DNA of 64,000 nt from Candidatus Pacebacteria bacterium UBA6180. Its GTDB lineage: Bacteria > Patescibacteriota > Microgenomatia > UBA1400 > PJMF01. Within the stretch, counting starts at the first letter, position 1, and each line of letters starts with the position of its first letter. Position numbers and translations under genes: made by a program. The stretch spans positions 56,595 to 120,594 of the forward strand of contig DITQ01000010.1 in the NCBI GenBank assembly GCA_002422165.1. The letters are read 5' to 3'. The notes beneath the pieces were generated by a model, which worked only from the letters and a program-made list of their open reading frames with translations, was not told the origin of the DNA and made no database searches. Below, one piece after another: positions 29,816 through 38,351 of the stretch.

Positions 29816-31018
29816 ATGCCAATTTTTAAATACGTAGTCAAAAATAAACAGGGAGAAACTGTTAGAGGTAAGGTGGAAGCATCTTCGCATGTCCAAGCAG
29901 TTTCTACTCTGATGGGTCGAGACTTGTTTGTGATCGACGTGGTTCCTTTGGGTCAGCAGGATGGATTTTTGACTGGACTCTTGCACAACAAAGTCAAATT
30001 TGAAGATTTGGTCAATTTTACTCGTCAATTAGCGACCATGATCAATGCTGGTTTGCCTTTGGCGACGTCGCTTTCGATTTTAGAGGAGCAAGGCAAATCG
30101 GAAATGGCCAAATTAACAGGCAATTTACTCAAGGATGTTGAAGGCGGACTCAGCTTTTCTGCTTCTTTGGATAAGTATAAGGATAGTTTTTCACGAATCT
30201 ACGTGCAGCTAGTGAAAGCTGGTGAGATAGGTGGTGTTTTGGACAACGTCTTGGATCGGTTGGCTGTGACCATGGAGAAAGAAAAAGATTTTCGTGCCAA
30301 AACTAGAGGAGCGATGGTTTATCCAGTTATCATTATCTTGGCGATGGTGGCGGTTGTGATTGTGATGATGGTAGCAGTTATTCCAAAATTGACGGAGATG
30401 TATCAGGATTTCGGGGCGGACCTGCCAATGGCAACTCAAGTGCTAATGAGTGTGTCTAATTTTTTTGTCAACTCTTGGTGGTTTTTGGCTTTGTTGACGG
30501 CTGGCTTGGTTTTTGCTTTGCGCTCTTTCAAGAAAACTCCTCGTGGTGAAAAAGCAATTGATGGTCTTTTTTTGCGTATGCCAATCATCGGAGTGCTTAA
30601 GCAAAAAATTGTTTTGACTGATTTCACTCGCACTCTCTCTCTTTTGCTAGGAGCAGGTGTTTCTCTTCTCGAGGCTTTAGACATCGTGGCTTCAGCAATT
30701 AGCAGCGCAGTTTACCGAGAACAGTTACAAGAGATTAATAAACAAGTTGAAAAGGGCGTTGCTCTTTCTGACGCCATTTCTAGTTATGAAAACTTCCCCC
30801 CCATCTTGCATCAGATGGTTGCTGTGGGTGAAGAAACGGGCAAGTTGGACGAAATTTTATCTAAAATTTCTGAATATTTCGAGAAAGAAAGTGAGTACGC
30901 TATCAAGAATTTAACTACTGCCATTGAGCCAATGATTATGATTTTACTTGGCATTGGGGTCGGATTTATCGTGATTGCGATCATTATGCCAATCTACAGC
31001 TTGACTAGTCAGTTTTAA
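29816..31018 (+). CDS. pilC: Type IV pilus platform protein PilC (GspF family)
   Basis: Two GspF repeats and three TM segments are present. Length is 400 aa. Confidence 0.88.
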   Translation: MPIFKYVVKNKQGETVRGKVEASSHVQAVSTLMGRDLFVIDVVPLGQQDGFLTGLLHNKVKFEDLVNFTRQLATMINAGLPLATSLSILEEQGKSEMAKLTGNLLKDVEGGLSFSASLDKYKDSFSRIYVQLVKAGEIGGVLDNVLDRLAVTMEKEKDFRAKTRGAMVYPVIIILAMVAVVIVMMVAVIPKLTEMYQDFGADLPMATQVLMSVSNFFVNSWWFLALLTAGLVFALRSFKKTPRGEKAIDGLFLRMPIIGVLKQKIVLTDFTRTLSLLLGAGVSLLEALDIVASAISSAVYREQLQEINKQVEKGVALSDAISSYENFPPILHQMVAVGEETGKLDEILSKISEYFEKESEYAIKNLTTAIEPMIMILLGIGVGFIVIAIIMPIYSLTSQF

Positions 31019-31034
31019 TTGCGCTAAACTATTT

Positions 31035-31682
31035 GTGAATAGGAATTCTATGCAAAAAATTAAATTTTTCCAAAAAATTAAAAATCAGGCTGCTTTCACC
31101 ATGATTGAGCTTTTGATCGTGATCGCGATTCTTGGTATTTTGGCAGTGGCTGTTTTGGCAGCTATCAATCCAATTGAACAGATCAACCGCGGTCGTGACA
31201 CTGGTTCTCGGTCTGATTCTGAGCAGTTGCTCAGTGCCATTGATCGCTTCTATGCTTACAAGGGTTACTACCCATGGTTGACTAATCCCAATGACACTTC
31301 AACTTTAGCCTGGCGCGGTGTGGCCGGAGATACAACAATCACTTTTAGTGATGGAGGCTCGATTTCAGCTTGGCCTGACAACACTTCTCCAGATCCTTGT
31401 TATGTTTTGGATAAGATTGCTAATGGAGATGGCAGCACTTGTGACGGCACCAACGAGGTTAAACGTAGCTTCGTCGATAAAATAACTAAATCTGATTACA
31501 ACCATCTCTATGTTTATTACAATGGTGACCCAGGGAGCAGTCTCTATGTCTGTTTCAAGCCACAGTCAGGAGCCATGAAGGAAGAAGCTTCGAGTCGCTG
31601 TAGTGCTGGATTGCCAGAAGATCTGCAGGGTGCAGTTAGCGAAATTTGTACTTCAGGCGCAGAATACATCTGTCTCCCATAA
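31035..31682 (+). CDS. Type IV pilin (prepilin N-methylation motif; candidate major pilin)
   Basis: A class III signal QAAF|TMIELLIVIAILGILA is present. Residue -1 is Ala rather than Gly. Length is 215 aa with a Cys pair near the C-terminus. Confidence 0.8.
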   Translation: MNRNSMQKIKFFQKIKNQAAFTMIELLIVIAILGILAVAVLAAINPIEQINRGRDTGSRSDSEQLLSAIDRFYAYKGYYPWLTNPNDTSTLAWRGVAGDTTITFSDGGSISAWPDNTSPDPCYVLDKIANGDGSTCDGTNEVKRSFVDKITKSDYNHLYVYYNGDPGSSLYVCFKPQSGAMKEEASSRCSAGLPEDLQGAVSEICTSGAEYICLP

Positions 31683-31688
31683 ATTCTG

Positions 31689-32489
31689 ATGCTATTTTTT
31701 GAATTAGCTTTGGTTTTTATTTGCTCCTACTTTTTGGCGATCCTAGCTAGCTTTTTTAATGTGGTTATTTTTCGTACAGCCAGAGAAGAGTCTTTTGTTG
31801 GGGGTCGTTCTAAATGTGAGCACTGTGGGAAGCAAATCAGTTGGCGAGACAATCTACCCATCTACTCTTTTATTATGCTTGCTGGTAGGTGTCGAAGCTG
31901 TCACAGTCAAATATCTAGGAGACATTTCATCAGCGAATTATTAGCTTTTGTTAGCGGCTGGTTTTTCTATTTTGGTTTATTGCATGCACAAGCTTTACAG
32001 GGTTTACCAATAGGGCAGCTGATTGTCTATTTTTTATGCTTTTTTGTGTTGGCTTTCATAGTTTGGGCAGATCTACAGTATTTTTTGGTTCCAGATTTTC
32101 TAGTAATTTTGCTGACAATTTTTACGGTGATTTTGCTCTTTTTGACTGAGAGTGCTTGGCAAACTGCGTTGTTAGCAGTAATTTTCTCTTGTGCTGTTTT
32201 TGCCATGATTTACTTGGTGGCGCGCAAATTTTTAGCCAAAGAAGCCCTGGGCTTAGGTGATTTGAAATTGATGGTCCCCTTGTCTTTGCTGCTTTCTTGG
32301 CCGCTAATTCTTGTCAATATTTTTTTAGCGTTCATTTTAGGTGGGATTTTTGCTATGATTGCTTTAGTTACAGGTCGTAAAAAATTTGGCCAAGCGTTGC
32401 CTTTTGCTCCTTTCCTTGTTTTGGCAGCGTTGATTAGCTTGTTTTATGGTAAGTTTTTGATCGACTGGTATTTAGGTTTTTTGTTATAA
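31689..32489 (+). CDS. pilD: Prepilin peptidase PilD (A24 family)
   Basis: The N-terminal zinc-binding CEHCGKQ...CRSC motif and polytopic membrane topology fit PilD. Confidence 0.8.
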   Translation: MLFFELALVFICSYFLAILASFFNVVIFRTAREESFVGGRSKCEHCGKQISWRDNLPIYSFIMLAGRCRSCHSQISRRHFISELLAFVSGWFFYFGLLHAQALQGLPIGQLIVYFLCFFVLAFIVWADLQYFLVPDFLVILLTIFTVILLFLTESAWQTALLAVIFSCAVFAMIYLVARKFLAKEALGLGDLKLMVPLSLLLSWPLILVNIFLAFILGGIFAMIALVTGRKKFGQALPFAPFLVLAALISLFYGKFLIDWYLGFLL

Positions 32490-32499
32490 AAATAAATTT

Positions 32500-33501
32500 A
32501 TGCGTATCATAAAGTTTTTTTTAGCAGCTCTCTTAGGCACGATTATTATTGGAGGATTGGTTATATTGGTTCTTCGCGAAGTAGTTTTGGTGGCGGGCGC
32601 ATCTTCCTTATCTGGAGACTATAAGAGCTTGCTAAATAAAAACTATAGCCAAGAGTGTATGCGCCAGCACGGTTATGTCCAAGATTATTTCACGCAAATT
32701 CGTTTCACTTCCAACAGAGAATATAAGACCGAGGTTGTCTGTGCTGATTTTACCTCCACGCCAATTGTTTTAGAAAGTAAAAAATTGCCGATATTGTTAT
32801 TCAAAACCTCAATTGGTTCTGGCTTTGTGATTGATGAGCGAAAGTTGCCTTCGACAATTAAATTGAGTTCTCTAGGTCGGAAGATTTTTGTCTATACAGA
32901 GAATGGTCAAATGCACAGCAACTACCTGCGACCAGCAGATTTAGATTATGAGCTGGGGCCAGTTAGTGTCTGTCAGGCCCACGATTACCAGTGTTGCGAT
33001 CTGGATGTTCAGAGTGGCGAAGGAGAACAACTAACCAGAGTTAACGATTGCCCAAAGAGTTGCTATACCAGCTGTTTGTTGAGGCCAGTAGTGTTGTCTT
33101 TCAATACTCGCCCCGCGCTTGATACAGAAACGCGCATTGTCGAAGTGCGCGCAAATGAATTGGTCACTTTTTCTTACGTAGTTGGTGATGGTAAAACTGA
33201 TGTTTTTGCTGGTCAAATTGCCAAAAATGAAGAGTTAAATTTACTAGAAAAAATGCAAGCTTTAATCGCAGGTCCCAAATCAAGTAAAGCTGGCGGTTTA
33301 TCTTTACCAGTTACAGTGACAATAGACTTTGGTGATGGAGAGATTTGGCAAAGCAATAAGTTACAAGACACCATTGATCATCAATACGCTTGTACTAGTC
33401 AAACTTGCGTTTTTCAGGTCAAATTAAGTGCAAGTGACAGCCGTGGAGTCTTGTCAGTTGGTAATGAATTGACTAGAATGATTATTAAGGTGGACAGGTA
33501 A
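32500..33501 (+). CDS. Cys-rich, membrane-anchored hypothetical protein inside the pilus operon
   Basis: An N-terminal TM helix is followed by about 12 Cys (VCQAHDYQCCDLDV, NDCPKSCYTSC). No homology I recognise. Confidence 0.45.
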   Translation: MRIIKFFLAALLGTIIIGGLVILVLREVVLVAGASSLSGDYKSLLNKNYSQECMRQHGYVQDYFTQIRFTSNREYKTEVVCADFTSTPIVLESKKLPILLFKTSIGSGFVIDERKLPSTIKLSSLGRKIFVYTENGQMHSNYLRPADLDYELGPVSVCQAHDYQCCDLDVQSGEGEQLTRVNDCPKSCYTSCLLRPVVLSFNTRPALDTETRIVEVRANELVTFSYVVGDGKTDVFAGQIAKNEELNLLEKMQALIAGPKSSKAGGLSLPVTVTIDFGDGEIWQSNKLQDTIDHQYACTSQTCVFQVKLSASDSRGVLSVGNELTRMIIKVDR

Positions 33502-33515
33502 CAGAATTCAAGATC

Positions 33516-33935
33516 ATGAAAAAAAACAAACAAAAAGGTTTTACTCTTCTAGAAATCCTTGTGGTTATTTCGATTATTGGCATTTTGGTGGCACTGGGAA
33601 CAGCGGCTTTTTCGACCACTCAGAAGAAAAGTCGCGATGCACGACGTAAATCTGACCTTAAGGCTGTCCAGAACGGTTTAGAACAATATCACGCCAAAGT
33701 TGGCTCCTACCCGACATCATCTGAAGAGGCAAATGACGAGACAATTTTCCCAGCTGGTCTGCCTGAAGACCCTAGAAATATTAGTCCAAATACCTACACA
33801 ATCAACTTTAATAGTGATTCTTTCTGCGTCTGTGCCCTTTTGGAAAATAGTGCGGGCAATGCTGCCAACCTGCCTTCTGGTTCTGCTTGTGAGTACGGCA
33901 GTGGCAACTATTATTGTCTGGGGAATCTGCAATGA
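33516..33935 (+). CDS. Minor pilin / pseudopilin
   Basis: KQKG|FTLLEILVVISIIGILVALG is a canonical prepilin cleavage/methylation motif. Confidence 0.8.
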   Translation: MKKNKQKGFTLLEILVVISIIGILVALGTAAFSTTQKKSRDARRKSDLKAVQNGLEQYHAKVGSYPTSSEEANDETIFPAGLPEDPRNISPNTYTINFNSDSFCVCALLENSAGNAANLPSGSACEYGSGNYYCLGNLQ

Positions 33936-34336
33936 ACAAAAAAAATCGTGGCTTCACGATGATTGAATTATTGGTGGTGGCGACGGTGATTATTTTATTA
34001 ACAGCGATAGGCTTAGTTTCCTTTAGTCAGACAGTGCGTAGTAGCCGCAATGCCAAGCGCAAAGCCGATTTGGAGACTGTTAGACAAGCCCTAGTGCTAT
34101 ACAAACAAGACCACACTTATTATTCTGACAATACTAGTTTGAACTTTGATAGCTTAGTTGGCGAACTACATGCGGCAGAATACCTAACAGAATCAACCAT
34201 AGTGGATCCTAAGAACACGATTCCTTACACCTATCAAGCGATTTGCTCGACAGTCAGTGGCCCGAATTGCATCAAGGTGACTTTGCGAGCGGTGCTAGAG
34301 CCAGATGAGCAAACCTATGACCTTATCGCTCTCTAA
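33932..34336 (+). CDS. Minor pilin / pseudopilin
   Basis: KNRG|FTMIELLVVATVIILL is a prepilin motif. ATGA overlaps the upstream stop. Confidence 0.8.
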   Translation: MNKKNRGFTMIELLVVATVIILLTAIGLVSFSQTVRSSRNAKRKADLETVRQALVLYKQDHTYYSDNTSLNFDSLVGELHAAEYLTESTIVDPKNTIPYTYQAICSTVSGPNCIKVTLRAVLEPDEQTYDLIAL

Positions 34337-34844
34337 GAGACAATCCAATGCAGCTTTCACTCTAATTGAGATGACAATCGCTGTTTCTGTGATGGTTATT
34401 TCCTTGTTAATTGGTTTAGCCAACTATTTACGTTTTCTAGACAAACAGCGTCTTTATCAGGCAGGGGCAAATGTAGAGATAATGCTTAAGGATGGTCGTT
34501 CCAAAGCGCAAAATGGATATTTAGGTAGTGAGGAGTTGGGTTATTGCACACAACTGGCGGGAGTAGAGATTAGTTCTGCGACCGATGTTAGCGGTCGAAT
34601 TTCAATTATTGGGCGCTTGAGTTGTGCTGACGATAGCTCTTTGATTTATGAAAGCTTCACTCTTGAGCAAGCGGAAGTTGCTATCGACCAGCACTTTCAG
34701 ATTATATTTTTACCTTCTCGGGGAGCTCGTTTGACCCTTGGTGGAGCTACGACCAGTAGTGGCGCTGCTGTGCTTAGTCAGCGTGATAGTGCAGTTATTT
34801 TTAATTTAGATCAGGGAGGAACGATTGATGTCAGTTATCAGTAG
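34305..34844 (+). CDS. Minor pilin / pseudopilin
   Basis: SNAA|FTLIEMTIAVSVMVISLL is a prepilin-like motif with Ala at -1. Confidence 0.65.
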   Translation: MSKPMTLSLSKRQSNAAFTLIEMTIAVSVMVISLLIGLANYLRFLDKQRLYQAGANVEIMLKDGRSKAQNGYLGSEELGYCTQLAGVEISSATDVSGRISIIGRLSCADDSSLIYESFTLEQAEVAIDQHFQIIFLPSRGARLTLGGATTSSGAAVLSQRDSAVIFNLDQGGTIDVSYQ

Positions 34845-35325
34845 AGCAGCTGTGGGAGAACCCATCGCTCACCGCGCGCAGCGCGGTTCTACTCTAGTAG
34901 AAATTTTAGTGGCGGTGACCATCATCTCTCTGGTGTTGACGGCGGTTTCAGCAATGATTTCCATGTCTGTTAAGCTAGCGGAAAGTAACGAAAAAAAACA
35001 ACTAGCATTGCAAAAAGCTGAAGAAGCAATGGAGTTTTTTCGCAAAGAACGAGTGATTTCTAGTTGGTATAGTTTTTCTACTCCTCTGACTGATGGGGCA
35101 ACTTATTGTGTAAGTAGTTTGCCAGAAGATGTTGCTAGTTTGTCAGCGAAGTTAGGTGGTTGTAGCAATAGCGACACGATGGAAGCTGCGCGATATAGCT
35201 TCCAGCGTCAGGCAGTTGTCAATTTTAACAGCGTCAATCGACTTAATATACAGATAGAGATGCTCTGGAATGATGGCTCTAAGGCAAAGAACTTAGTTTT
35301 AGAGCAGAGCTTTGAGAATTATTAG
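34825..35325 (+). CDS. Minor pilin / pseudopilin (PilV/FimT-like)
   Basis: AQRG|STLVEILVAVTIISLVL is a prepilin motif. Confidence 0.65.
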   Translation: MMSVISRAAVGEPIAHRAQRGSTLVEILVAVTIISLVLTAVSAMISMSVKLAESNEKKQLALQKAEEAMEFFRKERVISSWYSFSTPLTDGATYCVSSLPEDVASLSAKLGGCSNSDTMEAARYSFQRQAVVNFNSVNRLNIQIEMLWNDGSKAKNLVLEQSFENY

Positions 35326-35874
35326 TTAATTTCTTGTTACCACGCCACTACCAAAATCCAGACTACTCGTTCTTGGGTTGTTCTCTATTTCGTCAGAACC
35401 AACTTTTAAATTAAAGTTGACTTCAATGTATTTTTTTCCCTCTTCTGTCGGGTAACAAGTAAAGAGTAAGTTTTGAACATAATCTGTACTTAGACTGCTG
35501 CCTTCAGTCAAGTAATATTTGCCATTTGCAGATATAGAGGCGATGCGATCATCTTCTTCACGGATAATAGTTTCCAAATCATCGCTGCCGATAATAGATA
35601 TGTAGTCAAGTTGAGTTTCACTCTCGCAGGGTGAAGTGATTTCGTTTGCGTTGCGCAGCATGTCAATGATCTGACGAGTAGCGTTGCCACCGGACTCACG
35701 CAAGTTTTGACTGATACGGCTTTTGTATGCGGTGGCCAGGAAAGTGATAAAAAGGCTGCTGATGGCTAAAAGTAGCAAAGCTGTGACGCCAGTGGTGATA
35801 AGCAGCTCAAGTAAAGTAAAGGCGCGCTGAGAGATGGTGGAAAATAAAGTGGTTTTCGAAGCAGATCGAGACAT
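35326..35874 (-). CDS. Pseudopilin-like protein
   Basis: SQRA|FTLLELLITTGVTALLLLAISS is a prepilin-like motif with Ala at -1. It is the first gene of a divergent minus-strand block. Confidence 0.6.
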   Translation of the reverse strand: MSRSASKTTLFSTISQRAFTLLELLITTGVTALLLLAISSLFITFLATAYKSRISQNLRESGGNATRQIIDMLRNANEITSPCESETQLDYISIIGSDDLETIIREEDDRIASISANGKYYLTEGSSLSTDYVQNLLFTCYPTEEGKKYIEVNFNLKVGSDEIENNPRTSSLDFGSGVVTRN

Positions 35875-35935
35875 AGATAAATTCGTAGTTGATTTTTGCT
35901 ACATGCCCACTATTTTTTTGCAACTTTTTAATTGC

Positions 35936-37732
35936 CTACTGTGTGATTAACCGTGGATTGATTTCGCGCCAATTGCTAGTACTAGCCTTGAGTTTGACTG
36001 GCCAGTTGAATAGTAGATCGGAACGATAGATGAAATTTTCGATCGCTTGGTTGTTATTGAGAATGGGGCCAAGATTTCCATCATCAAATGTACGGTTGAG
36101 AGTGACGCCGCCCCAGCCAACGAAGGTGCCAGCCCCGATGAACTTGCGATCAGGAGGAACTTCGCCGATGTCGGTTTTGCTTTGCAGGATTAGGCTATCA
36201 TTGGCGATGAAAACACCTTCTAAATTGCTGTTCGCTATAGCAACCACAGGCACTGTAGGCGTATTAGGATCGAGCTCATAGCCGATATTTGGTGTAATCC
36301 AGATGTCACCGCTAGCGATGAAGGCCAGGAAGCCTCCGTTGGCAACGCTTGTGATTTTGCGATTAGTGTCTCCAGGATTGCTGTCATCGAAGGTCAAGCG
36401 GCCGTCGACAAAGACGACCAGCTGTTGGCCACTAGACAGAAAGAAACCTTGGCTTTCATCAATGCTGACATTGCCATTGATTTTGACATAGTTAACCTCA
36501 TCAGGTTGCCACCAGGGGGCAGAAGTAAAGTCACTGAGTAGAGGTTCCAGGTCTTCACCATTACCTATAGTGATAGCACTGTTTTCAGCTAGTCGGTAGA
36601 AATAGTCATAGGAAAGCGGTGCCAAATCAGTACGTAGAGCATAGGCATTACGGTTTTCAGGTCGAGATGTCAAATGAAGGTAAGAGTGATAGGCGCTACT
36701 GACGTTGCTGGTTTGAACGCGGCTTGGATCACTACTCGTGATAATCGTAAAGCCGCTGCTGAGAGGATTACTGCTGTTGCTGGGCAAGTTTAGGGCTGGT
36801 TGGCAGCCAGGATCGCCAGCACAAAAACTTTCGGGGATGGTGCTGGCGACTAAGTTGCTGGCAAAGAGATTGCCGCCGAAAACTTGAAACCAAGAAGTAT
36901 TGGAGAGACTGTATTCTCTTAGGTAAAAATTGACTCCTGCTAGTGGTGGATAAACGCCTGAGTAGCGACAGAGATAGGGGTCAGTGACACTGATTGGCGC
37001 AGGACAGGAACAAACGTAATTGGTTCCAACCTGATTGGTAAGATCTAGAGTAACGGTGTAACCAGTGCCCGTCATGACATTGGAGATGCTGTAGTTACTA
37101 GGATTAGCGAAGCTAAAGGTGGCATCCTGGGTGGTTTGGCTCGGGGCCGACGCACGCAGGGTAATGTTTGATAAGTTATTGATCGGGGAAGCGCTGGCCT
37201 GGGTGCAATAAGCGCCACTGAGGGCAGCAGAAAGGTCGGTTTGAATTGAGCCCTGTATGAGACTGACAGTTGGGGTAGGTGTAGGTGTAGGTGTGCCTGT
37301 CGGGGGAGGTGTGCCTGTCGGGGGAGGTGTGCTACCACCACTTCCATCATCTTGCGGAGGCTCACAGTTACAGAGGACGTCGGCTTCCTCGTATATGCAG
37401 TTGCCACCAACCTCCGAGCAGTCACTGCATCGAACTTCATTACAACAAACTCCAGAGACAGGGTAAAAATTATTTGGATCGCTTGGGTCAGTGCAAGCAC
37501 CGCTGTCAAAGCACTCATAAGTTGCACATTGAGCCGGAGCTGGAGGTGGATTACTTGGGCAATTCGCATCACTTGAATAATTTAAGGTATGGGAATAAAT
37601 AACCGTTTGGGTACCGCAGTAGCCGCTACATTCACCCCAGACGGTGTCGTTGCATGCTGCTAAAGCTTGATTATTTGTAGTTAATAAAATTAGAAATAAT
37701 ACGGTAGTAATTATGGTTGATTTTAATCGCAT
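35936..37732 (-). CDS. Large secreted protein: signal peptide, ~100-aa Cys-rich module, Pro/Thr linker, ~430-aa C-terminal domain (candidate pilus-associated adhesin)
   Basis: Signal peptide is MRLKSTIITTVLFLILLTTNNQALA. At least 16 Cys occur in the first 110 mature residues. The PPPTGTPPPTGTPTPTPTPT linker is encoded by tandem nucleotide repeats at 37257-37340. Confidence 0.6.
   Translation of the reverse strand: MRLKSTIITTVLFLILLTTNNQALAACNDTVWGECSGYCGTQTVIYSHTLNYSSDANCPSNPPPAPAQCATYECFDSGACTDPSDPNNFYPVSGVCCNEVRCSDCSEVGGNCIYEEADVLCNCEPPQDDGSGGSTPPPTGTPPPTGTPTPTPTPTVSLIQGSIQTDLSAALSGAYCTQASASPINNLSNITLRASAPSQTTQDATFSFANPSNYSISNVMTGTGYTVTLDLTNQVGTNYVCSCPAPISVTDPYLCRYSGVYPPLAGVNFYLREYSLSNTSWFQVFGGNLFASNLVASTIPESFCAGDPGCQPALNLPSNSSNPLSSGFTIITSSDPSRVQTSNVSSAYHSYLHLTSRPENRNAYALRTDLAPLSYDYFYRLAENSAITIGNGEDLEPLLSDFTSAPWWQPDEVNYVKINGNVSIDESQGFFLSSGQQLVVFVDGRLTFDDSNPGDTNRKITSVANGGFLAFIASGDIWITPNIGYELDPNTPTVPVVAIANSNLEGVFIANDSLILQSKTDIGEVPPDRKFIGAGTFVGWGGVTLNRTFDDGNLGPILNNNQAIENFIYRSDLLFNWPVKLKASTSNWREINPRLITQ
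37257..37340. repeat. Coding tandem repeats (6-bp ggtgta x3 and 21-bp cctgtcgggggaggtgtg-containing unit x2) encoding the PT linker
   Basis: gtaggtgtaggtgtaggtgtgcctgtcgggggaggtgtgcctgtcgggggaggtgtgct is visible directly in the sequence. Confidence 0.8.
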
Positions 37733-38307
37733 AGATCAGTAACAATAATTTTCTTCACATAGTTGGTTCTAGCTTGATCAAAATCTTCAGTGAGCTGGAC
37801 TAAGAGAAAATTTAGTTGATTGCTTTTTTCGACGAAGTCAGTGAAACTAATGATTTTTTCTCCAGGAACAAACAAGGTTGCTCCATCCTTGACTGGAATT
37901 CGCAGGTTCTTCAGAGAATAACTTTTGCCAGTGTTGAGATCGGTATATGTTTCTGGCACACAGTAAACGCTTTGGCTAGGAGATAACTTTAGATCAACAG
38001 GTTCAAACAAACTACTCTGGGTAAAAGCGATAGCAGCCCTAATATTTAAGGTTTGTGAAGTCTCATCGTAGAAGTTGAAATAACCCTTCATTAAGGAATG
38101 GTTATTTAAGCCATCAGTGTTGTTAGATTTGATAACTTTAGAGGGGTTGATGCCTTTAGAATCAAGCGCAGTTTTTTCCCACTGACCAGTGAATTGGTTA
38201 TAGAAATCGCCTTCTATTTTATTACTTTGCTTGTTTTGGTAAAGGTAGTAATAAATGGCAAAAAAAGCCAAGGAAACGAGTAGTAAAACCAACCATGTTT
38301 TTTTCAC
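37723..38307 (-). CDS. N-terminally anchored hypothetical protein
   Basis: An N-terminal TM helix is MKKTWLVLLLVSLAFFAIYYYL. Length is 194 aa, with an 8-nt overlap with the upstream gene. Confidence 0.45.
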   Translation of the reverse strand: MKKTWLVLLLVSLAFFAIYYYLYQNKQSNKIEGDFYNQFTGQWEKTALDSKGINPSKVIKSNNTDGLNNHSLMKGYFNFYDETSQTLNIRAAIAFTQSSLFEPVDLKLSPSQSVYCVPETYTDLNTGKSYSLKNLRIPVKDGATLFVPGEKIISFTDFVEKSNQLNFLLVQLTEDFDQARTNYVKKIIVTDLCD

Positions 38308-38351
38308 CTACTTAGTTTAGCACGATAGCGAAAGTTAAAGCAATTATATGA

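Noticed and set aside
36030-37602. Several plus-strand and minus-strand small ORFs overlapping the 598-aa secreted-protein gene
   Set aside because: They are artefacts of the repetitive PT-linker and Cys-rich coding region. The long minus-strand frame with signal peptide is the coherent one.
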